Part shown: positions 25,137 through 41,379 of the stretch, in pieces
How positions within the stretch are numbered: the first letter of the stretch is position 1
Layout of the letters: each line of letters begins with the position of its first letter
Translations under genes and position numbers: made by a program
Notes under the pieces: model-generated
Told to the model about the DNA's origin: nothing
Databases searched by the model: none
Seen by the model: the letters and a program-made list of their open reading frames with translations, nothing else
From: Eledone cirrhosa
Lineage: Eukaryota
Direction: 5' to 3'
Assembly: GCA_964016885.1 (NCBI GenBank)
Contig: OZ024741.1
Coordinates: 378,448,001 to 378,512,000 of the forward strand
DNA length: 64,000 nt

Positions 25137-26294
25137 ATGAAAAATTTACCATTATCTCTAATCTAGATTCTATAATAAATAGATGTACAGATTTGTTTTC
25201 TATCTGCCTGCATAAATTCCATAGGACTTTTCACAAAGTATACAGTTAATATTCAATTCTTTATCAATTTAGAATCTTTTCTCAAAGGCACATATACATA
25301 CACCTCTTTAAAATATACCCATCTTCCTACCTTACTTTAAAGGGCATTATACTCAATAATACTTGTTTACTCATTACCCTCTTTCTATCTTCACCTTGTA
25401 AAATCCTTCATAACATATACATATATTTTTTTGACGTTAGAATATTCATCCGCAATTATTATTATTTTTTCTCTCTATCATAAAACTGTTTAATCTCAAT
25501 TTCATCCTTAATTTATTATTTTTTTCTCTCCATCAACGAACTCATTCTTAATACATATTAACTCGTTCTTCGCACATATTATCAATTCCTTCAATATACA
25601 AACTTTAACTTCACATTATTTTTCTCAAATCCTTCAACACACAAACCTTAATAAATTTTTCTCTTTGTTAATTTTTAAATTGCCACAATACTTATCAACA
25701 TACACCTTTTTCACGTTAGAATATTCATCCACAATTATTATTTTTTTCTCTCTATCTTCATACATAAACTCCCTCTCTTTCCTCGCAAATATTCTTCCCT
25801 TCGCTAATTTTCAAATTCTTTTAATTTATACATTATCTTCCAACGGTTCTCAACCTCTCTATGTAAAACAATATATCTTTTCTCAGTTATAAAAACTATC
25901 TGTTTCTCTCTATCACCCATCTCTCCCTCTCCACCTTCACTCTCATCTCCTCCCTTTTTTTCACCCCCCCCCCCTCCTTAAATAAAATATGTTTTCCTCG
26001 TACATATCTTTCCCTTCGTTAATTTTCACATTCTTTTAATTTATACATTATCTTCCAACGGTTTTCAACCTCTCTATGTAAAACAATATATCTTCTCTCA
26101 GTTATAAAAACTATCTCTTTCTCTCTATCACCCATCTCTCCCTCTCATCTCCTCCCCTTTTTCATCCTCCCTTCCCCTCTCTAAATAAAATATTTTTCCC
26201 AATATCACACATCAATCTAAAACCACTTTTCATATGTTGATTTAAAACTGCACTATCCACAAGTGTTTTTTAGCCTTCATATCATGTTCTCCTG

Positions 26295-26361
26295 TTTTAT
26301 CTGATGAAAACACAAATATTATTGCATGATAATGTTTGTTTTTGAAATGCGCATAATAAAA
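26295..26361 (+). ncRNA. Type I hammerhead ribozyme in the pLTR
   Basis: ttttat-ctgatga-aaacacaaatattat(tgcatg)ataatgtttgttttt-gaaa-tgcgca-ta-ataaaa; palindromic stem III; AUA triplet. The inverted copy at 23246-23312 has one stem III change. Confidence 0.85.
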
Positions 26362-26509
26362 TACATGGAACTCCTTTAACCATCTTTTGATCTTATATTA
26401 AATATATATATATATATATATACATACATATACATATATATACATATACATGTATACATATATATACACATATATATATAGATACACAGACATATATATA
26501 TATATATAC

Positions 26510-26540
<31 letters not shown>

Positions 26541-27499
26541 TATATGCATACATGCATACATACATACATACATACCTACATACATGTATGCATATGTGTG
26601 CCTGTTTGTGTGTTTGTGTGTGTGCGTGTACGTGCCTATCTATAATGTTACACTGATATATATATATATATATACATATATATAGGTGTGTGTGTTTGTG
26701 GGGGGGGGGGGGGGTGATTGAGTGTTTGTGTGTGCGTGTGTATGTGTATATACGTACATATATTTCTATAACTAACAGGAAACAAATTTTATTCTCATTG
26801 AACCAATTGTAGCAAATACGTTCTAGTTCAATTATTCAATAAAACATAATAGGATTAAATTTAGCATTTTTAGATATTTGATAACAAACGCATTGTTCCA
26901 TTGATGTTTTGTGTTACTGGTAGTGTGAGGAGGTTGTTTGTCGCTACATTAGTCACAAATGATAATTTGATAACATACAGAAAGTTATTTAAAAAATGAC
27001 CTACAGTATCACATAGGTCCAATTCTAAATATATTTCCAATAAATCATACTAAGTACCATCGTCACAATCTCTGTTTTGTTGATTTTTTTAAAAAGAATT
27101 GCTTGTGGAAGTTATTCTCTTTAATACAATGATACATTTAATAGTATTGTTCCCTTTCTCTACGCATCTTATGGGAATGAAAATATTTCGTATATATCAT
27201 GATCTACACCATCATCGCAATGATGATGCTCATGATTATCAACATCATCGTCCTCCTGGCCAACAATATTACCATCATGAAGGAAAAGAGATCGAAGTCA
27301 TTTGTTTTTCTTCTGTAATGCTCTAATCCATGTAGACTGTCCAGCCATGCAATTTTGCTTAATCCGACTGACATACTTGTTCTGAAATATAGTGTTGTTC
27401 AGACATTCACACATAAACCTAAACACAAACATACACACAGGAACACAATTATATAAACAGCCAAAATCTCACTCAGGCACACGCAAACACATATATACC

Positions 27500-29662
<2,163 letters not shown>

Positions 29663-32588
29663 TATGTATCTCATTCCTATCTTGATGTCACCTATTCCAA
29701 CACACCTACATGAAAGTCTCCATACGCTGTTCCCATTTTCTCACTCTACGTCAGATCTGCAACAATATTCATGGTTTTGAGTCCCTGTGGTAATATGTTG
29801 TCCCTCACCTCATTCAACGTAAACACTCACCTCGGTGGTTCAAGCTTCCCTCAAATTCACACATGCATATATACGCTGTATCTTAGAATTATGTAATCCT
29901 GATGTAGTAGAATATACAAAAAACACTTTTATGCCTTAAGCATAAGACTGCTTATTGATAGGCCTGTAAGTTGTTTCTTGTTTTCTTAAGAATATTATTC
30001 ACTTAAGATAATTAACTTGCAATTTTGCTTCATTATTCTTTCTCCATTCCCTTGAATAAAATATTAAAATTAAATTTAAATTATTACAAAATACCTTGGC
30101 TAGAGACAGTTGGAAATATAGCGTCGTCATCCTTCAGTTTCTTATTTTCAGTTCTGAATTTCTTTGACTACTAGGATATTCAACCTTTTTTCTTGTGATA
30201 TTCATTGAGAAATTCTTTGTCGATTTTACTCAATACATTCTAGCAAATTGAACCTTTATTATATCAACTTTTTCATCATACCATTAGAGATAATATATTG
30301 CGTCTCGCTTCACACAAAATTGAGTCTTGAAAAGGTTTTTAATCAAACACATATAGAGTTTACATATGTGTAACCAGGAATTATGTATCACGTCATAAAA
30401 ACGTGAAATCACATTTCAGTGCGAGATAAATTTCTCAAGAGTAAATTATATAAACTTCAGATAAGAAAAATGTATCATTAATGTTAACATTGAGAAACAT
30501 AAAAAAAGAACAATTTAAGTACGGTAGATACATACCTAATCAATTTAACTGCAACATGAAATGGCATTATATATAAGTTAAAACAATGAAATAAAAAATC
30601 AAGTCATTAGATATATATTTCGCTGCTTTACAATCGTTTCTGGGTGATAATAATACATTGTAGCTATACGTCGTTATTGATCTATGTAAGGTTAGTTACA
30701 AAATATCAGATAAAGAGAATATTTACTTACATGCATATTAAATGCAATAATACTTTTATTCAGAATTAGGAGTATGTTAGTATCTTGTCCTGATTTGGAG
30801 GTAGTTGAAAAACTAACCAATCAAATTGTTTTTTTCATATGATGTTAAGATGAAAAGTAATTCACTTTAGTTGAGGTCATGACCCTTTGAAAGGAATGGT
30901 TGAATGGTGTTAATAGTAGAATTGTAATAACAAATCTATTAGGAGGAAAGTGATTGTCAAATTGATAGTTGAATGTATCTGGTATAGTGAAGTTTAAAAG
31001 GAATGTAAAAATAAATGATGATCAGTGTTGTACGGAGTTTTTAGGTGAATATAAATTAATGTTATGGCTAGGAAAGATAGTATATTAAAAGATGAACATT
31101 ATAATAAGATAATTGTTTCTACATTAGGGACAAGGCCAGCAATTATCCAGTGCATTACCGGTACTTTATTTATAAACTATAAGAAGATAATGACATACAG
31201 TAATGCAATAATATAATATAACTAACACAATATAGTACGGTGTGGTAAATTTCACTTAGTATAATACAGCAAATGATACGCTCTAAAATACTATCAAGTA
31301 TGTTTATGTATAAATAATCAAACTCAGAAAAATATATGTTGACATAGTCAAAACGCATACATTTCATAGATCACAAAGTGCATATATACACACTATATAT
31401 AGAGAAGTATAGTTACATTGATACCCAACTACAAATATACATACGCACAAACAAATTCAAACATAAATACACATTTACACATGTGCACATAATCATATAC
31501 ACATATATTTATACATATCTATATTTACACATACACACCTATACCTACATATATACACATATATATATATATGTGTGTATGCACACACTCATACATGTAC
31601 ACACACTCATATATAATCACTCATATGTATATATATATATATATATATATAGTAATAATAATAAATTTGAAGACTAATATATATATATATATTAATATAT
31701 ATATATATATATAATATGTTATAAAGTAAAATGACATGAGACCCAATATGTTGAATTTCCATAATTATTTCTGCAGACTCTATGCGCATTTCTGTGACCA
31801 GGTTGCTTAAGAACCCAATGATATATCCAGGTGTGAATTGCGTAATAGATGATGGTAAACACATTCCGAGAGGTTTTAAAAAAACAAGAAAAGAAAAAAA
31901 AACAGAGAAGAAAAACTGACTGTATATGATTTTGACCCAGAGATGATCGAAGCAGCAAGCATGCTGTTGTAAGCCCCATCATCACTGCGTGAATTATCTT
32001 TAACAGATCCTACCTGTTAGTGTGCTAAACGGGTAGGGGTATGTATAGCATATTCAGTGAGTAGTGAATACTGCAAGGAATAATGTCCTGATCAAAACCA
32101 TTGATACATATAGGCAGTTATACCTCGCTGCCTTTGCTGGAATCCTTTTAAGTGTACAGGACGTCAGTCTTTCAATATTGAGAGCTTGTCTCTCAAAGAT
32201 ATATTTATTAAACATACCGTATCTCTTTAGATATTCATACAATCATTGGAATGGTGGTACGTCCACAATGTCACTTCCACCGCCATCTACAAACATGACT
32301 TACCCAGATTATCTTCCCTTATTTTACGTGAAAATACAAACACAATGCCATGTAACTTCGATGTATATCTATGCCCCAGCTAAGATATTAAGTAGATATC
32401 ACATATATACACGCGCAAAAGGGATATAACAAAATGTATGACAAATTGTGCTGCAGCCAATAGAGGGCAGAGTGGATTTTGATATTTAAGCAAGCATGTA
32501 TCCTTGCTTTAAGTTGCTTGAACGCGTGTTACTCACTTGTGTCAGTCCTACCTCTGTTCATGCAAGTGAAGAGAGAAAGAGGGAGAGA

Positions 32589-32672
<84 letters not shown>

Positions 32673-32804
32673 TAGAGACATAGAGAGAGAGATGGAGAGA
32701 GAGAGAGAGAGAGAGATAGCGAGAGAGACAGAGATAGAGACATAGAGAGAGAGAGGGAGAGAGAGAGAGAGAGATAGAGAGAGAGAGATAGATAGAGAGA
32801 GACA

Positions 32805-32837
<33 letters not shown>

Positions 32838-33241
32838 TGAGAGAGAGAGAGTGAGAGAGAGAGAGAGAGATACGTTCAATATTGAAGCAGTCGTGTGTTT
32901 GTTGCTTCAGTGACGGCTACTCTGTTGAACGTGTGGCGCTCAATTTCTTTGGATTCGTTATACCTATTTCTTTCTCTCTTCGTTCACTATTTTTTACCTA
33001 CATGCTTAGTGGTAACTTCGGTTTCAGCTCTCTCTTGAATTCCATGTGTGTTTTGTCTCAAATTCTCACTTCTTCATTCTATTTATATTCCGCCATATTA
33101 ATCGTAGTGAAGACGATAACTAATGACAGCCACACTGAAAAGCAGACAGAAACATATAAACAAGAACACACAAACAGGCACACATACACACACAAACACA
33201 CACACACACTCACTCACTCACTCACTCCCACACACACACAA

Positions 33242-33384
<143 letters not shown>

Positions 33385-34667
33385 AATAATCATCGGCGTA
33401 ACTGACAGAGTGCCACTATATATATAGAAGGGATAACAGAATATCGTTATAGGAAATCCAGTTAGAGGTTATGAATAATTCTTATTATGGATAGTTTGAG
33501 CGTACGGCGTTGTTTGACTGAACAAGAGGTTTACGTAGGTTACGAGTTTATGATTTCACTTGTATTCCTATGTAAGCTTATCTTGGAGTAATAACATTGA
33601 AAACGTGAAGAATAACATGGTCAACAGTACAAAAAAGGGGATTTATTTAGAGTCTAAGAATTGTTTCTCTGATTAAGTTGTCTAAAAATTTCAAATACGG
33701 TGTAAGCACAATCAGATCATCAGAAACTGTTACAAAAAATATATATAACCGGAAAATTTACAAATTCAAATTACATCATCAATAATAATATTAATAATAA
33801 AGATAGAAAGAGAAGAAAGAAAGAAAGGGAGATAGATAAAGGAAAGAAAGAAAGAGAAAAAAAGAAAAAGAAAAAGATAAATAAAAAGTAAAAGGAGAAA
33901 TGAATACAGAGAAACATTAGAGAGAAGAAACTATATGGATAAATGATGATAGAAATAGGAGAGACACGCATAAGGAGAAATAACGTAGGAGAGAAAGAAC
34001 AATATATGGAAAATAATGATATCAACAATAAATGAATACACTTTAATACATGAATACATGTAAATAAATATAATAATAATAATGATAATAAATAATAAAT
34101 AAGTGAATAAATAAATATATAAATAAATTACCTCTAATATGATACAAAATGGTATAAAATGTGATAAATGAAAAATGCAAGTATGAAAGTAAATAAGTAA
34201 AAAGTAAAAAAAATGTGTGAAGAAAATTTAAACATATTAAGATTATTGAAAGGGATTTTTGATAGTGGCTAAAATATAGAGAGATAAGAAGGTATAAATA
34301 TGATAATGTTAAACAGTATGTGTGTATTGGTTAATTCAATAAATAAATTAATTAATTAGCTGTAAGTTATATTATATGATAAAATAAAATGCCAGAGGTG
34401 AAATAAATTTAGGGAGAGAAATATAGAGATAGAGAGTGAAAGATAGAGATATATGGAATAAGAATGTAAATATCAGAGATGTTGATGTTGTTCATTGACA
34501 GATGATGACAATTATAATAATAATTGTTTCTACTTTAGGCACAAGTCCAGCACATTACTGGTACTTTATTTTATCGACCCCGTATAATAATGATGATGGT
34601 GATGATAATGTGATATTATAATAGATCTAAATGGTACAATTTGGGTTATGGAATAGATAAGATGAAA

Positions 34668-35560
34668 TTAAGCTGGGCTAAAGTTCTGGAATTTGGTCGC
34701 CGTTTTATGTCGACATAAAATAGTTCTTTCAATTTTACTGTTAAACAGCATTTTGTTATAATTTAAAATCTGGAAAAGTTCCATATTACAGAGACCGCAG
34801 TGGGACATACCAATATGATAGGCCGTTGATTTTGATAGCTTCGTCCAGCTGATTTTATATTCCATGTTTGCATACTTGAGTTGCCAGATTTTATCGGCGA
34901 GAGTTGTTGTATTTAAGAGGTTCCTGTTAATCACAGAGTGTCTATGGACGTACCATCTTTTCTTAAACTCCCCAGCTGTGGAGCCAATGTAATGCCATGC
35001 TAAACTACCTGAATTTATATTACATAGGTATACTATATTTATCTCTAGGCATCTATTTTGTAATGGGCATTTGTCACGTAGATGGCAGTTGTATTTAGAT
35101 GCTTTTCTATGTGCCGGTTCTTCGATATGGCTTTGTAGGTTGCTATGTACGGGCTGAGAATTGGGTTTGTTGATATATTGTGGTGATGTGTTCAGACATG
35201 TATTTGGTTGTGATGATGTTATATGCTTATATTTTTTATTTGGTGTTATGGTACTTATTTGCGGGCTACATGTATTATAAATTCTTTTATAGTTAATTGT
35301 ATGTATGTGTAAATCTATGTTGTTGGCAGTGGAGTATGATAGTTTGACAGTGTTTCTATTAAAGATTTTGTGATATTTATGCATTTTAGGGAAGTGTTTG
35401 TCATCCAGTTTGAAGAAAGTGTAAGGTAGTTTTGTTTTTATAAAGGAGATAAACACTGTATTGAACCATAAGTAGTTTCTATCTCTGCATCCTCTATAGT
35501 TATTAGTGGTCTTTATATTAGTATTCTGTTCAATTAATTTAGACACTCTATGATTAACAG
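34668..35560 (-). pseudogene. PLE linker + GIY-YIG endonuclease remnant
   Basis: LWFN...KHFPKMHKYHKIFNRNTVKLSYST...CPLQNRCLEINIVYLC...YIGSTAGEFKKRWYVH...CGLCNME...CRH. Confidence 0.85.
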
Positions 35561-35865
35561 GAACCTCACAAATACAACGACTCTCGCCAATAAAATCTGG
35601 CAACTCAAGGATGCAAAAATGGAATATAAAATCAGCTGGACGGAGCTATCAAAGTAACGGCCTATCAAATTGGTATATCCCACTGCGGTCTCTGTAATAT
35701 GGAACTTTTCCAAATTTTAAATTACAACAAAATGCTTCTTAACAGTAAAATTGAAAGAACTATTTTCTGTCGACATAAAAAGGCGACCAAATTCCAGAAC
35801 TTTAGAGCAGCTTAATTTGACCTTATCTATTCCATAACCCAAATTGTACCACTTAGATCTATTAT

Positions 35866-36053
35866 AATTGTTTCTACGTTTGGTACAAGGCCAAACATTA
35901 CCCAGTACATTACTCGTACTTTACTTTATCGACCCCGTAATGAGGGGCAAAGTTGACCTCGGCGGGGTTGGAACTCAGAATGGAAAGTGCCATAACTCTA
36001 TGTGTCAAAGCATGGTGTCCGACTCTCTATGGATATTGCCAATAAACCACCCT
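35866..36053 (-). mobile_element. tRNA-derived SINE, near full length, with probable TSD attataat
   Basis: Same family as 19983. attataat lies at 35861-35868 and 36054-36061. Shorter minus-strand copies at 31108-31172 and 34516-34583. Confidence 0.75.
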
Positions 36054-37075
36054 ATTATAATATCACATTATCATCATCATCATCATTATTATTATGATGG
36101 TCATCATCTATCAATGAACAACATCAAAACCTTTTATATTTACATTCTTATTTTATATATCTCTATCTTTCACTCTCTATCTCTATATTTCCCTCCCTAA
36201 CATTTATTTCATCTCTGGCATTTTATTTTATCATATAATATAACTTGCAACAAATTAATTAATTTATTTATTGAATTAACCAATACACACATAAATATAT
36301 TTAACATTATCATATTTATACCTACGCATCTCTCTATATTTTAGCCGCTATCGAAAACCACTTTCAATAATCTCAATATGTTTATATTTTCGTCAGACAT
36401 TTTTTTATTTTTTTACTTATTTACTTTCATATTTGCATTTTTCATTTATCACAATTTATACTATTTTGTATCATATTAGATGTAATGTTCTTATTTATTT
36501 ATGTATTTATTTATTTATTATTATTATTATTATTTTTATATACATTTATTCATGTATTAATGTTTATTCATTTATTGTTGATATCATTACTTTCCCTCTA
36601 TTGTTCTTTCTTTCCTAAGTTATTTCTCCATATCAGTGTCTCTCCTCTTTCTATCATCATTTATCCATATATTTTCTTCTCTCTATATTTTTCTCTGTAT
36701 TCATTTCTCCTTTTTCTTTTACTTTTTCTTTTTCTTTTTCTTTTTCTTTTTCTTTTTCTTTTTCTTTTTCTTTTTCTTTCTTTCTGTCTTTTATCTATCT
36801 CCATTTCTTTCTTTTCTCTCTCTCTATCTTCATTATTAATATTATTATTGATGATGTAATTTGAATTTATAAATTTGCCGGTTATATATATTTTTGTAAC
36901 AATTTCTAATGATCTGATTGAGCCAAGATCGTATTTGAAATTGAGTGGCACTGCTTCTAGTGTTCAGCAATTTTTAGACAATTTAATCAGAGAAACAATT
37001 GTTAGTCTCTAAATAAATCCCCTTTTTGGAACTGTTGACCATGTTATTCTTCACATTTTCAATCGTATGTATACT

Positions 37076-37113
<38 letters not shown>

Positions 37114-37257
37114 GTAATAATAATAAAATTGAAGACTAATCTGTTATTTTAATTAAAAAAAAATATATATATATATAAATATATATAAGTATGTATACGT
37201 ACAGGCATATATGTGTACAAACGCACGGTAGTATGTATATATATATATACATACATG

Positions 37258-37302
<45 letters not shown>

Positions 37303-37419
37303 GTATGGGTTTCCCGAACATTTATTATAATGTTCGTTTGTTTGTAAACAAACAGCCCGAATTCCGCCGTACACTGCTCGGCAACCAACGTCGCCCTTTT
37401 GTTGAACACTGAGACAGGA

Positions 37420-37462
37420 ACGATGTACTAGTTTCAAGCTTATTAGCTATCGTCAGCATCGT
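37420..37462 (-). ncRNA. Intact minimal type I hammerhead ribozyme
   Basis: Minus strand ACGAUG-CUGACGA-uAGCU(aaua)AGCUu-GAAA-CUAG-UA-CAUCGU; GUA triplet; palindromic stem III. Confidence 0.88.
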
Positions 37463-37627
37463 ATACCTTTCTGTCAGATGATTGAAAGTATATAATTTCC
37501 TTATGCATATTAACGGCTGAGCAGCCTAATTTGCATATCGAGTGAATTAGTCGGCCGGGCATACCTAAAACGATAAATGGAAAATAATGAAACGATATTT
37601 TATTTCTCACTCTTAGTCCGGCTGCTA

Positions 37628-37691
<64 letters not shown>

Positions 37692-37695
<4 letters not shown>

Positions 37696-38356
37696 ATATT
37701 AATAAATGAAAACTATATTTATAAAACCATAATTATTTTATTATATATATTTCAAGGGAAACCAATGCAGTCTTGGTGCGCTTTCATCAGATAAAATACA
37801 AGATTTATTTCATAAATATTGACATAACCGTGGAAAAACAACCTTGGCGGTTGAAAGTTCGCTGGATAGTGGAAACATGTTTTATTGAGGGTTCTGTGTG
37901 AGTATGCACATGAATGTCCGAAAAAATGAAAAAATACAATCGTTTATTTAAATTATTCTGTCGGAAGAAGAGAGTGAAAAAAGAAAGAGAGAAAAGAGTA
38001 TTATTATATGTGGAGTTAGAGTGACTATTCATATAATAATACTCTTTTCTCTCTTTCTTTTTTCTCTCTCTTCTTCCAACAGTATAATTTAAATAAACGG
38101 TTGTTTTTTTTTCTATTTTTCGGACATTCATTTCCATACTCACACAGAACTTTGAATTACCCTCAATAAAAAATGTTCCACTATCCAGCGAACTTTCAAC
38201 CGTAAAGGTTGTTTTCCACGGTTATGTCAATACTTCTAAAACAAATTTGAATTTTATATGATGAAAGCGCACCAAGACTGCCTCGGTTGCCCTTGAAATA
38301 TATATAATAAAATAATCATGGTTTTATAAATATAGTTTCCATTTATTAATATATTG
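37692..38356. mobile_element. 665 bp palindrome with a hammerhead in each arm (37736-37796 minus, 38252-38312 plus)
   Basis: Arms pair over their full length with centre ~38021. Left HHR ttttat-ctgatga-aag..acc...ggt..ctt-gaaa-tatata-ta-ataaaa; right core reads Atgatga. Confidence 0.88.
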
Positions 38357-38554
38357 AATATTTACTACAGTAAACTTGTGAGTGCTTTATATCAGTTATA
38401 AACCTTTAAGCTTGTTGGAATCACATCAAATTAAATATAACTTCTGCATATATATATATATACTTAGGTTAATAAGAGTTAGGTATTGTATACCCGTGTC
38501 CCATTAAGGTATTGGCAGCATAATAATTAGCTCTATGCTTTAGAGCAGAGCCGT

Positions 38555-39388
38555 ATATATGAAAAAGAACACAAGAGCGTCTACAACATCAAAAGATTTG
38601 TATTGGCTTACAATGTTTCTTCCTTACGTAACCGTAGGATTCGTCAGAGCTATAAAAGGGGTTGACATAACTATTATCATCTTATATTCTCTCAACTAAT
38701 CACACTTGATCATATTTCTCTATCCCGTTTTCTCCTCCCATAATTATTTTATTTTTATTATTATTTGAAAAAATCGGTTTTTTTACATTGTGTTTTCCCC
38801 TCCAAATATTCGCTTATATTTCTTTATATATTCTCTATATATTTTTTTATCTTTATTATTTTCCCTTTTATCCTCCTTTATAGTTTACCTTATTCTTACT
38901 TTTATACCTTATTATAGTGTAATCTTCCCAATTCCTTATTATACACTATTAATTATAGATTATTATTATTACTCTTTTTCCATTTCTAATTACCTCATGT
39001 ACTTTCTCCTCCGCTATATATATATATATATTGTATGCCCTTTGTGTTTGTGTAGCCTCTGCGCACCCTCTGCACCATACTATCGACGCCACCCCATCTA
39101 TGGTTCAGCTAACCACCCGACTCCCGGGAATGAATATGACCGCAGCTAGTAAACAAGGACCCACACCCCACCCTTCCGCACCAACATTAGACTTATCGTC
39201 CCCTACTTTTGCTCTTTACTCTCTTTACTCTTTGTTCTTGAATATTTGGTTGGTAGAGTCCATAACACCAATCAAACCCCTTTTATAGCTCTGACGAATC
39301 CTACGGTTACGTAAGGAAGAATCATTGTAAGCCAATAAATATCGTTTGATGTTGTAGACGCTCTTGTGTTCTTTTTCATATATATATA
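38555..39388 (+). mobile_element. Non-coding PLE derivative with ~110 bp inverted termini, each with a hammerhead (38606-38650 minus, 39288-39332 plus)
   Basis: gct-ctgacga-atcctacg(gtta)cgtaaggaa-gaaa-cattg-ta-agc in the left arm; the right arm has gaaT. Confidence 0.82.
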
Positions 39389-39586
39389 TAGTAATAATAA
39401 TAAATTTGAAGACTAAAATCCAAAGAGGGCTCGATAAGATCAAATATATAAGAACCGTAGAGCAAATATTTATTAAAATAACAGATTAAAGGTTAATCAA
39501 AGAATTGCTGCTTTTCTGAGATTCAGAAGATCACGTTAAGGGTGAAAGCAGCGATTCTTTGCTTAAACTCTCATCTATTTTTTAAA

Positions 39587-39667
<81 letters not shown>

Positions 39668-39686
39668 GCTATATATATATATATAT

Positions 39687-40545
39687 AAAGATTGCTTTTA
39701 GTGAACATATCGCCAATTGTACACCTAACTAACATCCAAACTTTAACATTTTCCCCATTTACAAATTCATAGACAACGCTTCTTTCATGTGTCGTACCAA
39801 TAAGGAAACGTACTCCATTAATACATTCCAACCTCTACTTAATCGACTAAACTTCGGACTAAACTAAAACTGGAACGAAGAAGGAATCAAAACCCAATTC
39901 TTAAGTTCTCTAAAGAGTTACCTCTCTAACATCCTACCTCATCCTTTTTCGTATATAACTGAATTGCCCCCTCTCATTTCTCTTTCCCCTACCTGATCAC
40001 CCTGAATTACCTCCCCCTGAATATTAACTCTTTAAAAATGGAAATCATATCAAGCCCCAGACTACCATTTGCCTCCTTCATGAATCAACTAAGCGCTCTT
40101 GCCATAATAACACATTTTGAACTGCTTATCCTCAAGAACTATGCCTGTAAATAATATTATATTTACTTTCCCATTACCTTATCATGTTCCACATCATCCC
40201 CTTTTCATTTTTTATTTTCACTTCAAAAACCTTGTTTGTAAATAATATGATACTTTCTTCCCCATTTCCTTAACATCACCAACATTTTACACACCAATAC
40301 AAATTATTCCCCCCTTTGATAATGCATAAAATGCTGAAACAGGTAATAGACGATTATTAAATATATAAATAAATAAATGCCAGTGTTTATTAATAAATTA
40401 ATTAACTAATACCTTAACTCTTCACACAAAGAAAAATATTTTGTTTTAAACATTTTCTAACCCAGAAAAAAAGAGAAAAAATAAAAGGAAAACAAATATG
40501 TTTCTTTCTAATAATCGTACTTTTCTCCCTATTTTCATATATATG
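39687..40545 (+). mobile_element. Second copy of the 11.2-12.5 kb PLE family (EN C-terminus and 3'UTR)
   Basis: KIAFSEHIANCTPN*HPNFNIFPIYKFIDN...KETYSINTFQPLLN matches ORF 11635-12168; UTR collinear. Confidence 0.85.
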
Positions 40546-41379
40546 TATAATTTCAAGTCGGTCGCTCTTGAGTGCTACTGATAACATGTAACACAATACA
40601 ACCTGTAGCATGGTCGTGTCGTCGACGACTTAATCAACAAAATAACCAAGTTTCTTGGGTGAGGAAGGTCAACTAGGACACCCTACACGACAAAAAAGAA
40701 AAAGCTGAGAAAGGTTGGATGAGCGTCCATCCAATAATATGTATACTACGTGGGTGTGGGCATGTGCATGATTGATGGCGCACTTGTTTCTGTACATCTA
40801 AAAATATATAATTGATACAGGAATTTAAAAGAATTGAACAGATATAAAACCCTTTAAAACCTTTGAAAAATCTGTTAAAATCTTTATAATTATTTTCTTG
40901 TTTCATTTTAACCAACAAATGGGATACAACCCCTCGCCTACATTTATGAAAGAGTCAGCGAATCATTGCAATGCATTTGCAGATGTGATGTCGTGGCCTG
41001 CAGATGAGTAAAAATATAATCCACTGGTAGTGAAGCTCCTCCAGCTGTTGTTACAGTATCTTTCTTAAAGAGGAATCTTTGAAATAAAACCTGCTCTTTA
41101 TGTTATTACTGATCATCTGGCTAGATGATTAGTCACCAGACGATCATCACTGAGACTTAGAGAGTGGTGCTCATGTAGTACAACCGTTTGCTACTAAAAT
41201 ACGCTCATGTACAGATGCCACTTTTTGATCTTATCAACCGTCATTTTAACAGCTGTAAGTCCTATGGCAATGGAGCAGTAGCAAACTATGCAGACCTGAC
41301 TACTTAGAAGCATATAACTGCAAATGTGCACATAGGCAACAGGGTTTTTATTATAACACAATTGTTATGTCTTCCTGTG

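Larger units (their letters stand above)
23205..26397 (+). mobile_element. Penelope-like retroelement, 5'-truncated, with an inverted partial pLTR at its 5' end
   Basis: 23205-23325 is the reverse complement of 26283-26397. Between them lie the RT/GIY-YIG ORF and a 3'UTR with internal ~200 bp direct repeats (25795-25990, 26010-26200). Confidence 0.92.
33596..37063. mobile_element. 3.5 kb head-to-head PLE palindrome (left arm minus 33596-~35565, right arm plus ~35567-37063)
   Basis: 35570-37063 is the diverged reverse complement of 33596-34912; the unpaired part is extra PLE coding sequence. Confidence 0.9.

Noticed and set aside
31780-31875. Possible host exon (ctgcag...SMRISVTRLLKNPMIYPGVNCVIDD...gtaaac)
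   Set aside because: No recognisable domain or neighbouring exons; needs RNA-seq or homology.
33678-33730. Minus-strand ctgatga...gaaa in the palindrome arm; similar weak cases at 3234, 12905-12950, 18003-18032 and 63070-63122
   Set aside because: Stems I-III do not pair convincingly; they may be decayed HHRs but cannot be supported.
40312-40350. ttgataa-tgcataaaatgct-gaaa-cagg-ta (mirror at ~11420-11455) as a variant hammerhead
   Set aside because: Two core deviations and no stem I in either copy.
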